A DNA stretch of 62,743 nucleotides, the filler included, from Aduncisulcus paluster (taxonomy: Eukaryota): the NCBI GenBank assembly GCA_024181965.1. It is 8 parts of 8 records of this genome, joined end to end, with 100 filler letters (N's around TTAATTAATTAA, not from the genome) between each part and the next. Parts side by side here need not be neighbours in the genome. Positions count along the whole stretch, not along the records: positions 1 to 20,032 come from BQXS01012334.1; positions 20,133 to 26,250 come from BQXS01012340.1; 6 more parts are not named here. One strand, 5' to 3'. Below the pieces are notes generated by a model. That model made no database searches and was not told the DNA's origin. It saw only the letters and a program-made list of their open reading frames with translations. A program made the translations under genes and the position numbers. This document shows, piece by piece, positions 13,662 to 25,052 of this stretch; within the stretch, counting starts at the first letter, position 1; each line of letters begins with the position of its first letter.

Positions 13662-14753
13662 AATCGATTAGTACAGTAGTGGTTTGGTGGTTTTGATATG
13701 ATATTTTTCGGCTTTAAGTTTATGTTTATCATTTTATTTTTGTGGAAAGAGTGTGGATTGTTATTTTTGTTTGTTTGTTTGTTAAGGGATCACATTTCTG
13801 TGCCTTGTATGTGTTATTACATACTATATAATCTCTCGTGTGAGATTACAATGAAATCCCACCATCTGTGTGTTGCTTTATATCATTTTTTTTTTTTTTT
13901 TTTTTTTTTTAATATTTTTGTTTCTCATTTTCTCGTCCTTTTATTATAACATTTTATAATATAAATATCAACAATTCAAATTAATGAATTATATTTTGAC
14001 AAAATATTTTATCAAAAATACACGTTGTCTTCCTTATTGTAACTCTCTCACACTCTCTCAACGTATGTTATATAGAGTGTTACATCTTTGTTCCTTCCCC
14101 ATTTCTCTCTCTGGGGTTTGTTTCTGGTGTCTTTGATAGAAAAAAAAAACGTTTGTTTCAAGCCGTGTCAATTGCTCGTTGCTTCTTTTTCATTTTATTT
14201 TTAAATTATTATTTCCCCAAATGGAATTATTTTTATTTATTTATTTTTCGATTATAATGTTATTATATCAAAAAAAATTTTCCGGCTTTAAATTACTCTA
14301 ATTTCTTGGTTGAATATTGTCGATAATACTTTATATCTGTATCTTTTCACTTTTCAATGGACGTGCCTATTTTCGGACAGTCGAGTAATCAGAATTTCAG
14401 ATCATTTTCTTGCCCATGGTATTCAGATCTTAATTGCTTCAAAACCTTTCCATTATCCCAATATTCTTCACCTTTTATATATATTTGTTTGTATCTATCT
14501 TTGTTTTTCATTTCTGTGACACTTCTTTACCTTTACTCGTTTAAGTTTGTACTCATTACAAAAAAGTTAAACCATGAACTGAGATAATCAACAAAATAGC
14601 TTCCTATTCGACAACAGTATCATACAATAACTTAAACATTTCAAGTTTGTGAATCTTAAATATCAAATACTTTGGATTCTCATGGAAATGTGGATGGAAG
14701 TCACAGTGTCTCACGTTTTTTACCCAATCAGAAAACCAACAATAATAAAGATT

Positions 14754-16999
14754 CTACACAATCGTACATTGACAGGAGCTCTTGTCGCTTGTTTCTACAT
14801 CAATACTCCCGATATCTCCCATATCCTTCTCTTCATCTGAGCTTGATGTAGGAGCTACAAGCACAGGTTCTAGTGTGGATGTAGCACTCATGCTGCCATT
14901 TACATCCTTTGTTTTCTCTCTCTTTTCACCTTCAACTTCATGCCCAGATTTCTCTTCCATACTTCCTATCTTATCATTTGCAACAATATCATCGGCGATT
15001 CTTTCTTCAGCTTCTTGCTCACCTTTCTCTTCTTCCTCTTCCTCTTCTTGAATCCCATCTTCAGCGGACATTTGTTTATCGATAAACATAAGTGATTCGA
15101 TTGTTGTGTTTCCACTAGCGACAGCAGAGAACTTGCCCCTAGCCTGAATCTCACAAGTGACAACATTAGCCAAGTCAATGTCAAGAACACACCAAACATC
15201 ACCCCGTGAAGGCTCAACAAACTCATATTTCTTCGAGGTTTTTGTCCCATCGGAATGAGTAAAAATACACAACAGAATAGGGGGTCCCGACTTATCAAGA
15301 CAGACAAAGGCACTGCCAACATATGTTGGAGAGAAGAAAGGCACAAAGAGATGTGAAAAGGTGCATGATCCACCTTCTTCTATCATTTGTTGTGCTTTTG
15401 AACTTGAGTAATACTCAGATTCCTTGCAAAAGGTCTCATCGCGACCTCTAACATTGGGAACATCAGTGGGGATAACAGAGGGATCATCGAAATCAATCGG
15501 AAGTTCAAGATAACCTCCTTCTGAATGAAATATAGCCTTTGTAAGTGTCTAATATCGAAAGATTAAAGATATATATATAAGTAAGTTAGAAAACAATAAT
15601 TTTTTGAAAAAATATAATCAAAAACAGATAACAAAATTTAACATACGGCTTCAGACCAAAGTTTTTCTTTAGCTGCCCTTTGTTGCTCTCTAAACGCCTT
15701 TTCTTCGGGTGTTTCATTGCGCACAAATATCAAGGAATCAATCTCAATATAATGAACATCTTTGGAACAATCAAATGCATATAATTCACATTTGGAGGCA
15801 TTTGTTACATCTATAGGGAGGAAATACCATCCTAACTTCCCAAAAGAGTGCGATTGAGTGAATTGATACTTTGTAATAACCTTCTTATCCTCAACTTCAC
15901 CCTCTTCCTCTTCCTCAGATTTTGTTGAGACGATCATGTACAGAGTGGAAGGAATATCAGTGAATGAGGTGGAGATATAAGCGCCTTTCACAGGAACAGC
16001 TGGTTTGAAGGGAACTAAAATCGAGGAACAAGTCAATGAGCCTTCTCCCACCAGCATTTTTGGAGCATTCGACTCCATCGCATCATACTGCCCCGAGAGA
16101 TGACTGATCTCTTGATGTTTGGTGTCGATTAAAGAAATATCGGGGATAAGAATTGTAGGGTCAGAACACCTTGATATAGGAACAGAACTTCTGCCCCCAT
16201 CACAAATAAAGACTGGTTCAACATTTAACTGCAAAAACATCGAAATAAAATAAAATAAATTATTAATAACAATCATAAATAAGAATATACCAGAAGAATG
16301 TGTACAAAATAATAAATAAACATACAGAACTCGACAATAGTCTTTCAAAGGTTTCTCTCGACAAAATCTCATCGGAAGTTTCATCACGAATAAATGCAAT
16401 GCTATAAATGGCGACATAACCACTTTCTTGAGCATTTTTAATCCCATTTCCTTCAATTTCACATTTGAGAACATTTGGAGTATCAATGGGAAGGAAAAAA
16501 CAGTTTGTCCAGTCTTTCTTCTGAGGCAATTGGTACTTCTTGAGAGTCTTTCGGCCGTCTTCCATGGTAAGAGTAACATTAAGGCATATTGCAGTGACTT
16601 CACTGGATACACATAGATATACACCTTTAATCTGGCTTGGAGAGGAGAATGGAACGGTTAAATGGGAAAATAACAGTTCCCCGCGCTCAACAAATATCTC
16701 TTGTGCAGCCATTGTTTGATCATATCCCGGAGAACCTTGAGCAATAGTCTTATTAATAGCGGCTATATCGGAGAAGCTAGGGAAGAGGATTACAGGAGCT
16801 CCAAGGGAAATAGGGATCGATTTACCAATGTAAATGGGAGAGATAATCTTAGAATATAATAGAAAATGAAAATTATAATTATAATCAATAAATTTAGTGA
16901 GATTAATTGAGAAGAAGAATCTTCTCAAATTCAACCTAAATAGTATATCTAAGAAATAAAATTACATACAATTGGAGATTCTTTTCTAGTTTTAGCCAT
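14754..16999 (-). CDS. Protein with three tandem copies of an uncharacterised ~180-aa domain; exons 16999-16970, 16847-16326, 16228-15647, 15548-14754 (~642 aa)
   Basis: Three GTATGT...AG phase-0 introns join three partial ORFs in frame; each large exon carries variants of SHLxVPF..KGxY..KKYxF..WxFLPID..CEI..IxSxxF. Confidence 0.85.
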
Positions 17000-17523
17000 T
17001 AAATTTTCTTTAATTTTAAATTCAATCTGATATATTCAAATAAAGAGTTGTCGACTTCAAAAAAAACCAATAGAATTAATAACAATATAAAATATAGTTA
17101 GCGTGATTGTTATTCAAAGTTTTGAATTCATATGAAGAAATAACCAGCTGATATCAACACGAACTAAACGATTCACGTTGGCATCAAAATACTAAAAGAA
17201 ATATGATTTATCGATAAAATTGATATGTATCACATACATAATTGGTTCTAAGAGATAATAAAATCACACTTGTTATCAAATCTTTGAATAAAAAGTCAAT
17301 TTATCTCTAGAGCGATAATCATTGATCTATTCGCATTTTATAATCACCCCGCAAATACCAAAAACATCTTTTTATTTATTTATATTGACAAAATATATGT
17401 TTAATGGAAATTGACAGGTTTTTTGAAAATATGGCGATTTTGTTTGTATTATTATTCTCCGGTCTAGCCCAGAACAATATTTGTAATTCAAATTAATATT
17501 TAAATTATTTTCAATCATATATA

Positions 17524-20032
17524 ATGGAAGATTCTCTTCAACCAGTATGTAAAATGCTTTCTCTCTTTTTCTCCTATTATATTTCTTTTTTGTGATTTTT
17601 TAACCTGTTATTAATACTTATATTTTATTTTTATATCCTCTTTATCAAAATAATTTTTAAGAAAGGAATGAATTCATCGATAAAAAAACCTTCAATAGCA
17701 ATTTCTAAAATACCATCAGATAGTCAAAATTTCCAACCAAGAGCCACAAGTGCAGATGTAAAAAGTAGATCTAGGGAATCCCATTCAGAAAAATCTTCAA
17801 TTTTTTCCTCATCGTCAATTCCACAGTTGCCAAATCTTTCTGATACCCCATCTCGTTCCTTTAAATCGCATAAATCGAGAATATTTAGTGATTCGACACG
17901 TCAATCTCCATTTTCTAGTTCTTCATCCTCCAGAGCTGGGTCAGCTTTCGTTCGCTCAAGGTCTTCTTCCACAAGTCAAGATTCTTCCACTTCTGGTCAT
18001 CATCAAGTTGAATACCTTCAAAAATTAGTTGCAAGCTTAGAGGAAGAACTTGCAGAGAGCAAGAAAAATGAAAGCAGCGCAATGAAATCTCTTGCAGAAT
18101 CTAAGAAACGCCAGGCTCGGCTCGTACATTCACTTGATCATAGTCCTGGGCAGTCAGATTCGATAAAAATAGCCCAATTAACGGCTGAGAAAGAGAAAGC
18201 CGAACGTAATGCGGAGCGCTCTGCTCTTCGCTGCTCGAATTTATCCTCGACTCTTGAAGCTGCTCAGATACGAATTGGAGAGCTTGAAAACGAGGTCCGA
18301 TTGGTGCATTCTCGAATCGATCAGGAGTCTCAGGGTCGTGCAACAGCTGAATTATCCCTTGTGGGCAGAATTACCGTCGATGAACATCACTCCCGTCTCA
18401 GAGAAGCCATATCTGACGCCACGAAGGAACAAAAGCAAAAATATGAAGACAGAATTGGTGTTTTGGAAGAAGAAATTGAAAAACGCAAGACGGAAATGCT
18501 TTCTTTTCGAGATGAAGTAAGGAATGAGGATAATGCAAGAGCTATTCGTCTCCAGAAAGAGATAAAACTTATCAGCAAGAAACAAGATGAAACTGCCCAC
18601 CAAGTGACTGTTTTGGAAGGCGAAAATGATGAGTTGCATGCTCGTATCCGTGATCTCAAGGATTCCCTAAGTGTGGCAAATGGTAAAGTTCAAGCTCTTT
18701 CCGAGAGTTCTGGACAGAATATTGATCATTTAAAGGAAGAATTGGAAGATATTACAACAGACAGAGAGAGACTTCGAGCTGAGAAGGATAGCCTATTCCT
18801 TGCGAATTCTCAACTTTCGACTCTAAGTGCCGATATGCAGCAGAAAATTGAGATTTACGAGGAAGAGATTAAGGCTTTGCAAGCCCATGATCCCACTGCA
18901 GTCGTATCAACGTTTCAAAAACGGATTTCCGAGCTGGAATCTCAGCTTGGAACAACGAGGAGTGAGAATCATCAACTCACTCAATCTCTGACCGAGTCTC
19001 AGCAACTTGCCCGTAAAGCCATGAACGAGAAGGATAAAGCAATTTCCCATGCCAAGGAAAAACATGATGAAGCTATCATCGAGGAGCGTAAAATTGCTCA
19101 AGTTAAGATTCGTTCTCTCGAAACGGAGCTCAGAACACGTGATAAAGCCCGAGAATTGGAGAAAGTTGACTTAATGAAAATGATTCAGGATATACGTTCT
19201 TCCTTGGATGAGACTCAGCGGAAATATGAAAAAGAATGTGACAAAACGCAGAGTCTTTCAAGATCCATTTCCGACCTTACACACAAACTGGATGATCAAA
19301 CCATTCAACTTGGTGAATCTGATGTCAGTTCTGAGCGTCTCAACAAAGTCATAATTGAAATGAATGAACGCATCTCTAATCTTTCTCAGAAACTTAAGGA
19401 TAAGGATCGTGAAACCAAAGCTGCCGTGGAAAAGGCTAAACTCCTTGACACAGAGATGAGAAAACGTACTCAAGCATTTGTTGAACTTGAACGGGAGATG
19501 AAGAAGCAAAGCGAAGAGTTTGAAACCCTCCAAGAGAAACATTCAAGACTTTCCCATACCCACAGAACACTGCAATCTGAATTATCCCAAAGCGAGGCCA
19601 ATGGACATATGTCCCAAGCCAAAATACACAAATCACACTCGATGAAACTCATGGAGATGAGCAGTTCTCATACAGTGGAAATTTCCCAGAAGGATAAATA
19701 TATCACAATTGTTGAGAAGAAAGCTCAAGATCTGAGAGAAGAATTGAAGGCACAAGCCAAACACAGTGATGGTATTTTGCGTGTGACTCAAGAACGGATC
19801 GCTGAACTTGAAGCCATTGAACAGCAAGGGAAGAAGAGAATAGAAGACTTGGAGCGAGAGTTGGATAAGTATTCGTCTCAAGTACGGCAAGGTCATGCCA
19901 AAGAACAGGAGCTCGAGGAAGAGAAGTCTGCCCTTTTGCTCACTCATGATCAAGAATTGGATTCATTCAGACAATTGGCATCGAGTGAAAAAAAGGCTTT
20001 GCAGAAGAAACTTGATAGACAGATTGAGGATT
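17524..20032 (+). CDS. Long coiled-coil protein, 3'-truncated; exon 1 17524-17544, intron 17545-17661
   Basis: S-rich N-terminus then E/K/L/Q heptad pattern; ATG-GAA-GAT-TCT-CTT-CAA-CCA|GTATGT...AAG|AAA-GGA-ATG splices in frame. Confidence 0.8.
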
Positions 20033-20132
20033 NNNNNNNNNNNNNNNNNNNNNNNNNNNNNNNNNNNNNNNNNNNNTTAATTAATTAANNNNNNNNNNNN
20101 NNNNNNNNNNNNNNNNNNNNNNNNNNNNNNNN
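20033..20132. other. Artificial contig linker N44-TTAATTAATTAA-N44; also at 26251-26350, 27820-27919, 33940-34039, 39577-39676, 42247-42346, 54359-54458
   Basis: Seven identical 100-nt spacers with stop codons in all six frames. Confidence 0.97.
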
Positions 20133-20159
20133 ACTCCGCTAGGAGAAAATAAAGCGTTC
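20133..20159. mobile_element. Terminal fragment of a second copy of the 22059-22243 element
   Basis: actccgctaggagaaaataaagcgttc matches 22216-22243 actccgctaggagaaaaagtaaagcttc; lies at a contig break. Confidence 0.6.
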
Positions 20160-20401
20160 CGAAACAGCAATAAATTCGCAATTCCCAAGTCTTCCATATG
20201 AAAAGTGAGATTATCACAAAGTTTTCCATCCAATGAATTCAATTGCTCAATGTCTGGTTGACAATTTGAAAGTTCGTCCAATTGAGAACAGAGGAAAGAA
20301 CGCAAATTATCATCGGGAATAACAGCTGGTGTGGTGCACACAAGAGCAAATAATGAGAGAAAAAAACAAAAACAACCAAATATTTTACAAAAAGTAACCA
20401 T
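20160..20401 (-). CDS. N-terminus of a secreted LRR-type protein, interrupted by an inserted element
   Basis: MVTFCKIFGCFCFFLSLFALVC signal-like peptide, then IPDDNLRSFLCSQL (internalin-like LRR N-cap); runs into the element end at 20159. Confidence 0.5.
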
Positions 20402-20865
20402 AATTAATGAACCAAACAACAATTTCAATTCAGGAGAACCATCATGGCTATGATAGCCGAACCAGAATCTCACAATCCATTTCATCTCCTCATTACTAAT
20501 GGAAAGTACATTATTAGGAGGGATTGATAAGAAAATGGAGAGGGAAATAAGGAGACTTCTTGGAATCAACATTCTCAAGGAAACACCCTACACCCATAGG
20601 GAAGATGTTTCTAGGGTCATTAATTATGGTGCTTGCACTCGAGGCAAAGACCATACAAAAACGTGCAGCAATGGGTCATGAATGAGAGTTCATCACGAGT
20701 AAATGCACGGGCAAGTCTGTTCTTATCCACAAAGCTAAACCCAGTGTCGACAGGTTCCACAAAAGACTCCCCACTCATACCCCCACTGACATCAGAAAAA
20801 GACACTTTTCATCATGAAATGCATGATGCAAGAGGCAATACCGCTCCAAAAAAAAAAAATTACAT

Positions 20866-21994
20866 TTATTTGTCCTCAGATTCATTTTTTAAAAGATGTA
20901 GTTCTCCTAATTTCTCTGTAAATTCATCTTTCTGGCCTTTGGTTATACCTTCAGGCCACGAATGAGATAATAAATCACAATCGATGCCTTCGGTGAAGTC
21001 TTCCTTTAGACTGTCAGATATATCTATTCCGCATATATAATTTTATATAAGATTTCAGTGCACCAATGAGGATGCCATTAGCCATAACAAAGTCATCGTG
21101 AGCTTGCAGATCCATAATCTTTTAATATCTGCTTCGATAGCGCGTTTTTGCTCATCTGTAATGCATCAAGTCATAAGCGCTGTAGATAGCGTCTCCTTAA
21201 CAAATATCGTCATCTAATATTCTTCCTCGCCTTTTTGATAGGAAGAGTGCCCACGCATCAAGTAGTGTTTCTGGTTTGTAGAGAGTTCTGAACCTTTCTT
21301 CTTTTTTGATTCTTCATTTTCAACTCAGCACAAAATGTCGAGATGTATGAAGTCCAGTCAAACACATTAGAAGCTATTTTTTTGTTTCGTTCATAATTTT
21401 CCATTTCGTAATGTACCCACTGGATTCGGCTCGATGACGAGATGAGTCCTCAGAACCTACGATTGCAAGCACACGTACGGTTGGTATTTCTTCATACCTT
21501 TTTGAATCCTTTCGCATCGTGTCGAATCGCGAGCATAAATCTTTTGCTGCGAAATATATCATTCTTCTACCAAATCCAGTGTGTATGCGTTTCTGCATCT
21601 CAACAATAAACAACTCCGTGCCATCCTCTTTCTTACAGTGGATGTCATATATTATAGAAGGGGTTTCTTCCGAAGGAAGAGATGAGACTGATTGTGACAA
21701 GAACTTTATATTGGCGATTTGTGGTCCATCAGGATAGTACACTGCATTTAGAAGGCTTTTTAGTCTGTATTCTGCTTTTGGACCTTCCCCAAACAGCATT
21801 TTAAAAGTTAAATCAAATGTGGGATCGCAATAACCACCAATTTTTTCCTTTCTGTACCTACGTTTTCCCACCAAGGGTTGTTCTTCAACTGTGGGTGTTG
21901 AATCTGTTTGAGTATAGGCATCTCCGATAAGGCTCGGCGAGTGTTGGGAGCTGTGAGTTGACATTTCCTGTGTTGAGAGACTTTGTGTGTCCAT
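20866..21994 (-). pseudogene. Rpn/YhgA-like PD-(D/E)XK nuclease (PDDEXK_2 family), C-terminal half frameshifted
   Basis: DPTFDLTFKMLFG...LKSLLNAV...IIYDIHC...IVEMQK...RMIYFAAK. Past the stop at 21374 other frames give TLLDAWALFL, AIYSAYDLM and ITDEQKRAIEADIKKIMD...NGILIG, ending in TAA at 20866-20868. Confidence 0.85.
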
Positions 21995-22058
21995 ACTTAC
22001 GAAAGGAAAGTGACTACTGTACGGAAAAGCCGGCGATCCAAAACTTAGTATATCCAAA

Positions 22059-22243
22059 GGTATAGATAGTGGGCAGATTTAAGGTTTTATTTGGTGATTC
22101 CCGACCTCATCTATAGTCTCTATAGATCAGCTGCTCATGCTCTTCCCATACCGTTCTCGAGACTATGAGCCTCTTTAGTACGTCGCCTACACCTATGTGT
22201 CCAACTATCTTCCGAACTCCGCTAGGAGAAAAAGTAAAGCTTC
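22059..22243. mobile_element. 185-bp structured insertion flanked by a 12-bp direct repeat
   Basis: agtatatccaaa at 22047-22058 and 22244-22255; internal hairpins; same end sequence at 20133-20159. Confidence 0.6.
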
Positions 22244-22417
22244 AGTATATCCAAAACGGTTCAAACTGAGAAGAAATGATAGAAGCACCTAAAACCTTTA
22301 TTTTTTCCTGTTAATTCTGCTCAAAAAGGATCTCTAATTATTTTATTTTCCATTCTTTCTGTGGTTTTACAACATTTACATGAGTTTTGTCCGGTGGAAC
22401 TATAACTAAAAATTAAC

Positions 22418-22804
22418 TTGCCCCCCACTTTCTTGGACACTCGATGCATACTGTTGCGAGAACATATACCATCTCAGATCGTGGCTCAAGTCATATCTGA
22501 ATTGAACTCGTTGAAACCACCTCAGTTTTCGACTGCTCGCGAATTTCTTTCGTATTCACCGTTCTGGTCACTTGACTCTGGTCAGTCAAGGCGGATACGT
22601 GGCATTTTGCAATCTGTCCCTGCTACAATTGCAGCCCATGTTGCTGTAGCGCTGAATCCTCTATTTGACCGTGCTGTGACTGCAACTCTAGTGCGTGCTA
22701 AATCTCGTGCTCTTAAATGCGTGTCGGCTCGAATGACCGTGGCTCAAGATGTTCTTTTTTCCAGTGACATACCCACCGATCCCCCCCCTGATGTCACATC
22801 TTGA
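22418..22804 (+). other. GC-richer short ORF of unknown origin, possibly a mobile-element fragment
   Basis: 128 codons, TTG start only, composition differs from flanks; no recognised motif. Confidence 0.25.
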
Positions 22805-23252
22805 ACGGTTCAATCTGGTGATACTCCCCCCCTCATTATTACTGCCTCTGACATCATCGAATCAGCGAGAAAGCAGCCCCTTTTATCGCATGGTGGTTTG
22901 TCGGGCACCGATGTCTGGCGCTCTTATTTGAAGCTTCATTTGAAATAAAAAGTCGAAAGAGCAAACGCAACTAGAAAAATCTATTGTCATAGAACATGGT
23001 ATGACAGAATATAATTGATTAATTGTTGATTTGGAACCCTGTAAAGATTTAAAATTGTGTATAGAATTCAAAAAATAATCTAAATATAGATACAAAATAT
23101 TATTTTTTGTTAATAATGATTTATGAATTATTTTAATTATATAAAATAATAAATAATAAAACAAATTTTATTCATTCTATTTTTAGATAATATTTTGATA
23201 AGTATATTTTCTACTTGATTTTTCTTCTTTCTTTGGTGCCAGCTCATTAGCT

Positions 23253-25052
23253 TTGTCCGATTATCTAAAATCTCTCAACGAAAGAACTAAAGTTATGAGC
23301 TATTTTCCTCCAAATATTCGCGGTCCTTCTGACCAATCCACCGAAAGCTCTCCTTTCTCAGGAACGGATTTTTCTTTTGACATTCCACGTTTTGAAAAAC
23401 CTTCATTTGAAGCGCCTGCTGCCTCTGAATATTCTTCTTTTCCTGAACCCAGTGAGGGATCATCTGTTTATTTTTCCCAGTCTAATTCAGTTCACTCCAC
23501 TTCTAATCCTTATTCATTTGTGTCAAGACCACATTATGATCACCTTGGACAAAGAGGTCCATATTATGATTCATATAACGCAATTCCTGAGAGATTTTAT
23601 GCCCCCAGATACTCACCTTCATTTTACCGTCCACGGATGCCTCAAATCATGCATTCATTTTATGCTCCGGTACCTCCCCGTCACGAATATTCGTATTCTT
23701 ATGGTCATCCACCTATATCAGAACGTCATATTAGCTCGACAGACCTTCCTTCAAAACCTCTTTCATCTCAGCCCCCAAATCTATCTAAATTGCCCGATAG
23801 ACATTGTAGATCTTTAAAAGATCTTTCTTCTTACCCAAAACCTAACTTTTTCTACGTTCTTGAAGATTGCCCGACTCACGCAATCGCTGTTAAATGGGAT
23901 GGGTTAAAAACTCTTCATCCACGTCAATTTGTGAGGTTTTTGCTTGGAGGACATGGTCATTATCAAGAACACGCCACTGTTTCAAAAGATTACCTCGAAA
24001 AAAAGGAGTGGATCAAAGAATTAACTCGTGATGATATTTTACTTGAAAACCAAGAGAAAGACGACCGTCCTTTCTCTTTCCCTTCCAAATTCCTCAATTG
24101 CACCTGTGGTGGCTGTGGATTGCCCCCTTATTCGATCTCTTCTATTCTTACTCACTTTATTTCAGACGATATTTTGATCATTAGTTTTCAGAGCCATTCT
24201 GTCGCTCTTTCGGCCTATACGTGGCTTAGCAGTCATGTTGTGAGTGGAGCTATCTCTGTTTGTGAATCTATTAAGAGTGATGATGGTGAGAAAGTTAAAC
24301 GTACGATTCCACAAAATGTATCCATTTTCTATTGTCTTCCGGTCTCCGAATCCGATGTTGGAAGAGCCGTAACCAGAACAGTTCCCTCGTACTCCAAATC
24401 ATCCATTCCTGACCCCGAAACTGGTCGAATTATTTTCAAAGATCACACTTGCAGTTGTCGTGATGGGTTTTCTTTGTCAAATATCGGTCGTTTGGTTTTA
24501 TTCGGGGTTAGTATGAAGTATTCGTGTGCTCAGTTAACTGAAATGTTTGCTCCTTACCAAGTCAAAGGTGTTCGTGAACCTCCAACAAAGCCAGGTGTGG
24601 TACCAAGCCATCGAAACGTATTTCTTGAGTTTTCTGATCGTAGGTACGTTATCAAAGCTTGTATCGAACTTAACAAACCTTTTTCTGAGTTTGGAGATCT
24701 TGTTTCGTCCATAAAAGGCATGGATTTTGGACATCCCGGTGGAAAGCTGAGCCGTTGTCTAATGCAGATCCCAAGCTTTAAACCTCTTCAAGGGCCTTAT
24801 TACACGCCCTGGCTTATTCAAACCTCGGATCCCAAAGACGAAGATTATGATATTTCGAGTGATCGAATCATTCTCTCTCGAAAACGTTATATTTCTCAAT
24901 TGCTTCCTTCTTTTGAATGTGAAGAGAAGAAAGAGGAGGGAGAAGAGGGAAAAGATTTACACACGAAAGAGTTGGAGAAAGTTTATGCTCCTCTTTTTGC
25001 ACAATGGATTGATGGAATATTGTCTAAAAAAGAACAATTCATTAACCCTTAG
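23253..25052 (+). CDS. Mei2-like RRM RNA-binding protein
   Basis: NIGRLVLFGV...LTEMFAPYQVKGVREPPTK...VFLEFSDRR...ACIELN resembles Mei2-like RRM2; PTHAIAV / ILIISF..S.A..AY..L / VSIFYCLP resembles a divergent RRM1. Start codon uncertain. Confidence 0.7.
   Translation: MSDYLKSLNERTKVMSYFPPNIRGPSDQSTESSPFSGTDFSFDIPRFEKPSFEAPAASEYSSFPEPSEGSSVYFSQSNSVHSTSNPYSFVSRPHYDHLGQRGPYYDSYNAIPERFYAPRYSPSFYRPRMPQIMHSFYAPVPPRHEYSYSYGHPPISERHISSTDLPSKPLSSQPPNLSKLPDRHCRSLKDLSSYPKPNFFYVLEDCPTHAIAVKWDGLKTLHPRQFVRFLLGGHGHYQEHATVSKDYLEKKEWIKELTRDDILLENQEKDDRPFSFPSKFLNCTCGGCGLPPYSISSILTHFISDDILIISFQSHSVALSAYTWLSSHVVSGAISVCESIKSDDGEKVKRTIPQNVSIFYCLPVSESDVGRAVTRTVPSYSKSSIPDPETGRIIFKDHTCSCRDGFSLSNIGRLVLFGVSMKYSCAQLTEMFAPYQVKGVREPPTKPGVVPSHRNVFLEFSDRRYVIKACIELNKPFSEFGDLVSSIKGMDFGHPGGKLSRCLMQIPSFKPLQGPYYTPWLIQTSDPKDEDYDISSDRIILSRKRYISQLLPSFECEEKKEEGEEGKDLHTKELEKVYAPLFAQWIDGILSKKEQFINP

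Noticed and set aside
14038..14083. TGTAAC...GTTACA mini inverted repeat
   Set aside because: Short, imperfect, single copy, no TSD.
20077..20088. Recurrent TTAATTAATTAA (7 copies) as a biological repeat
   Set aside because: Always centred in 100-nt N spacers; an artificial six-frame stop linker.
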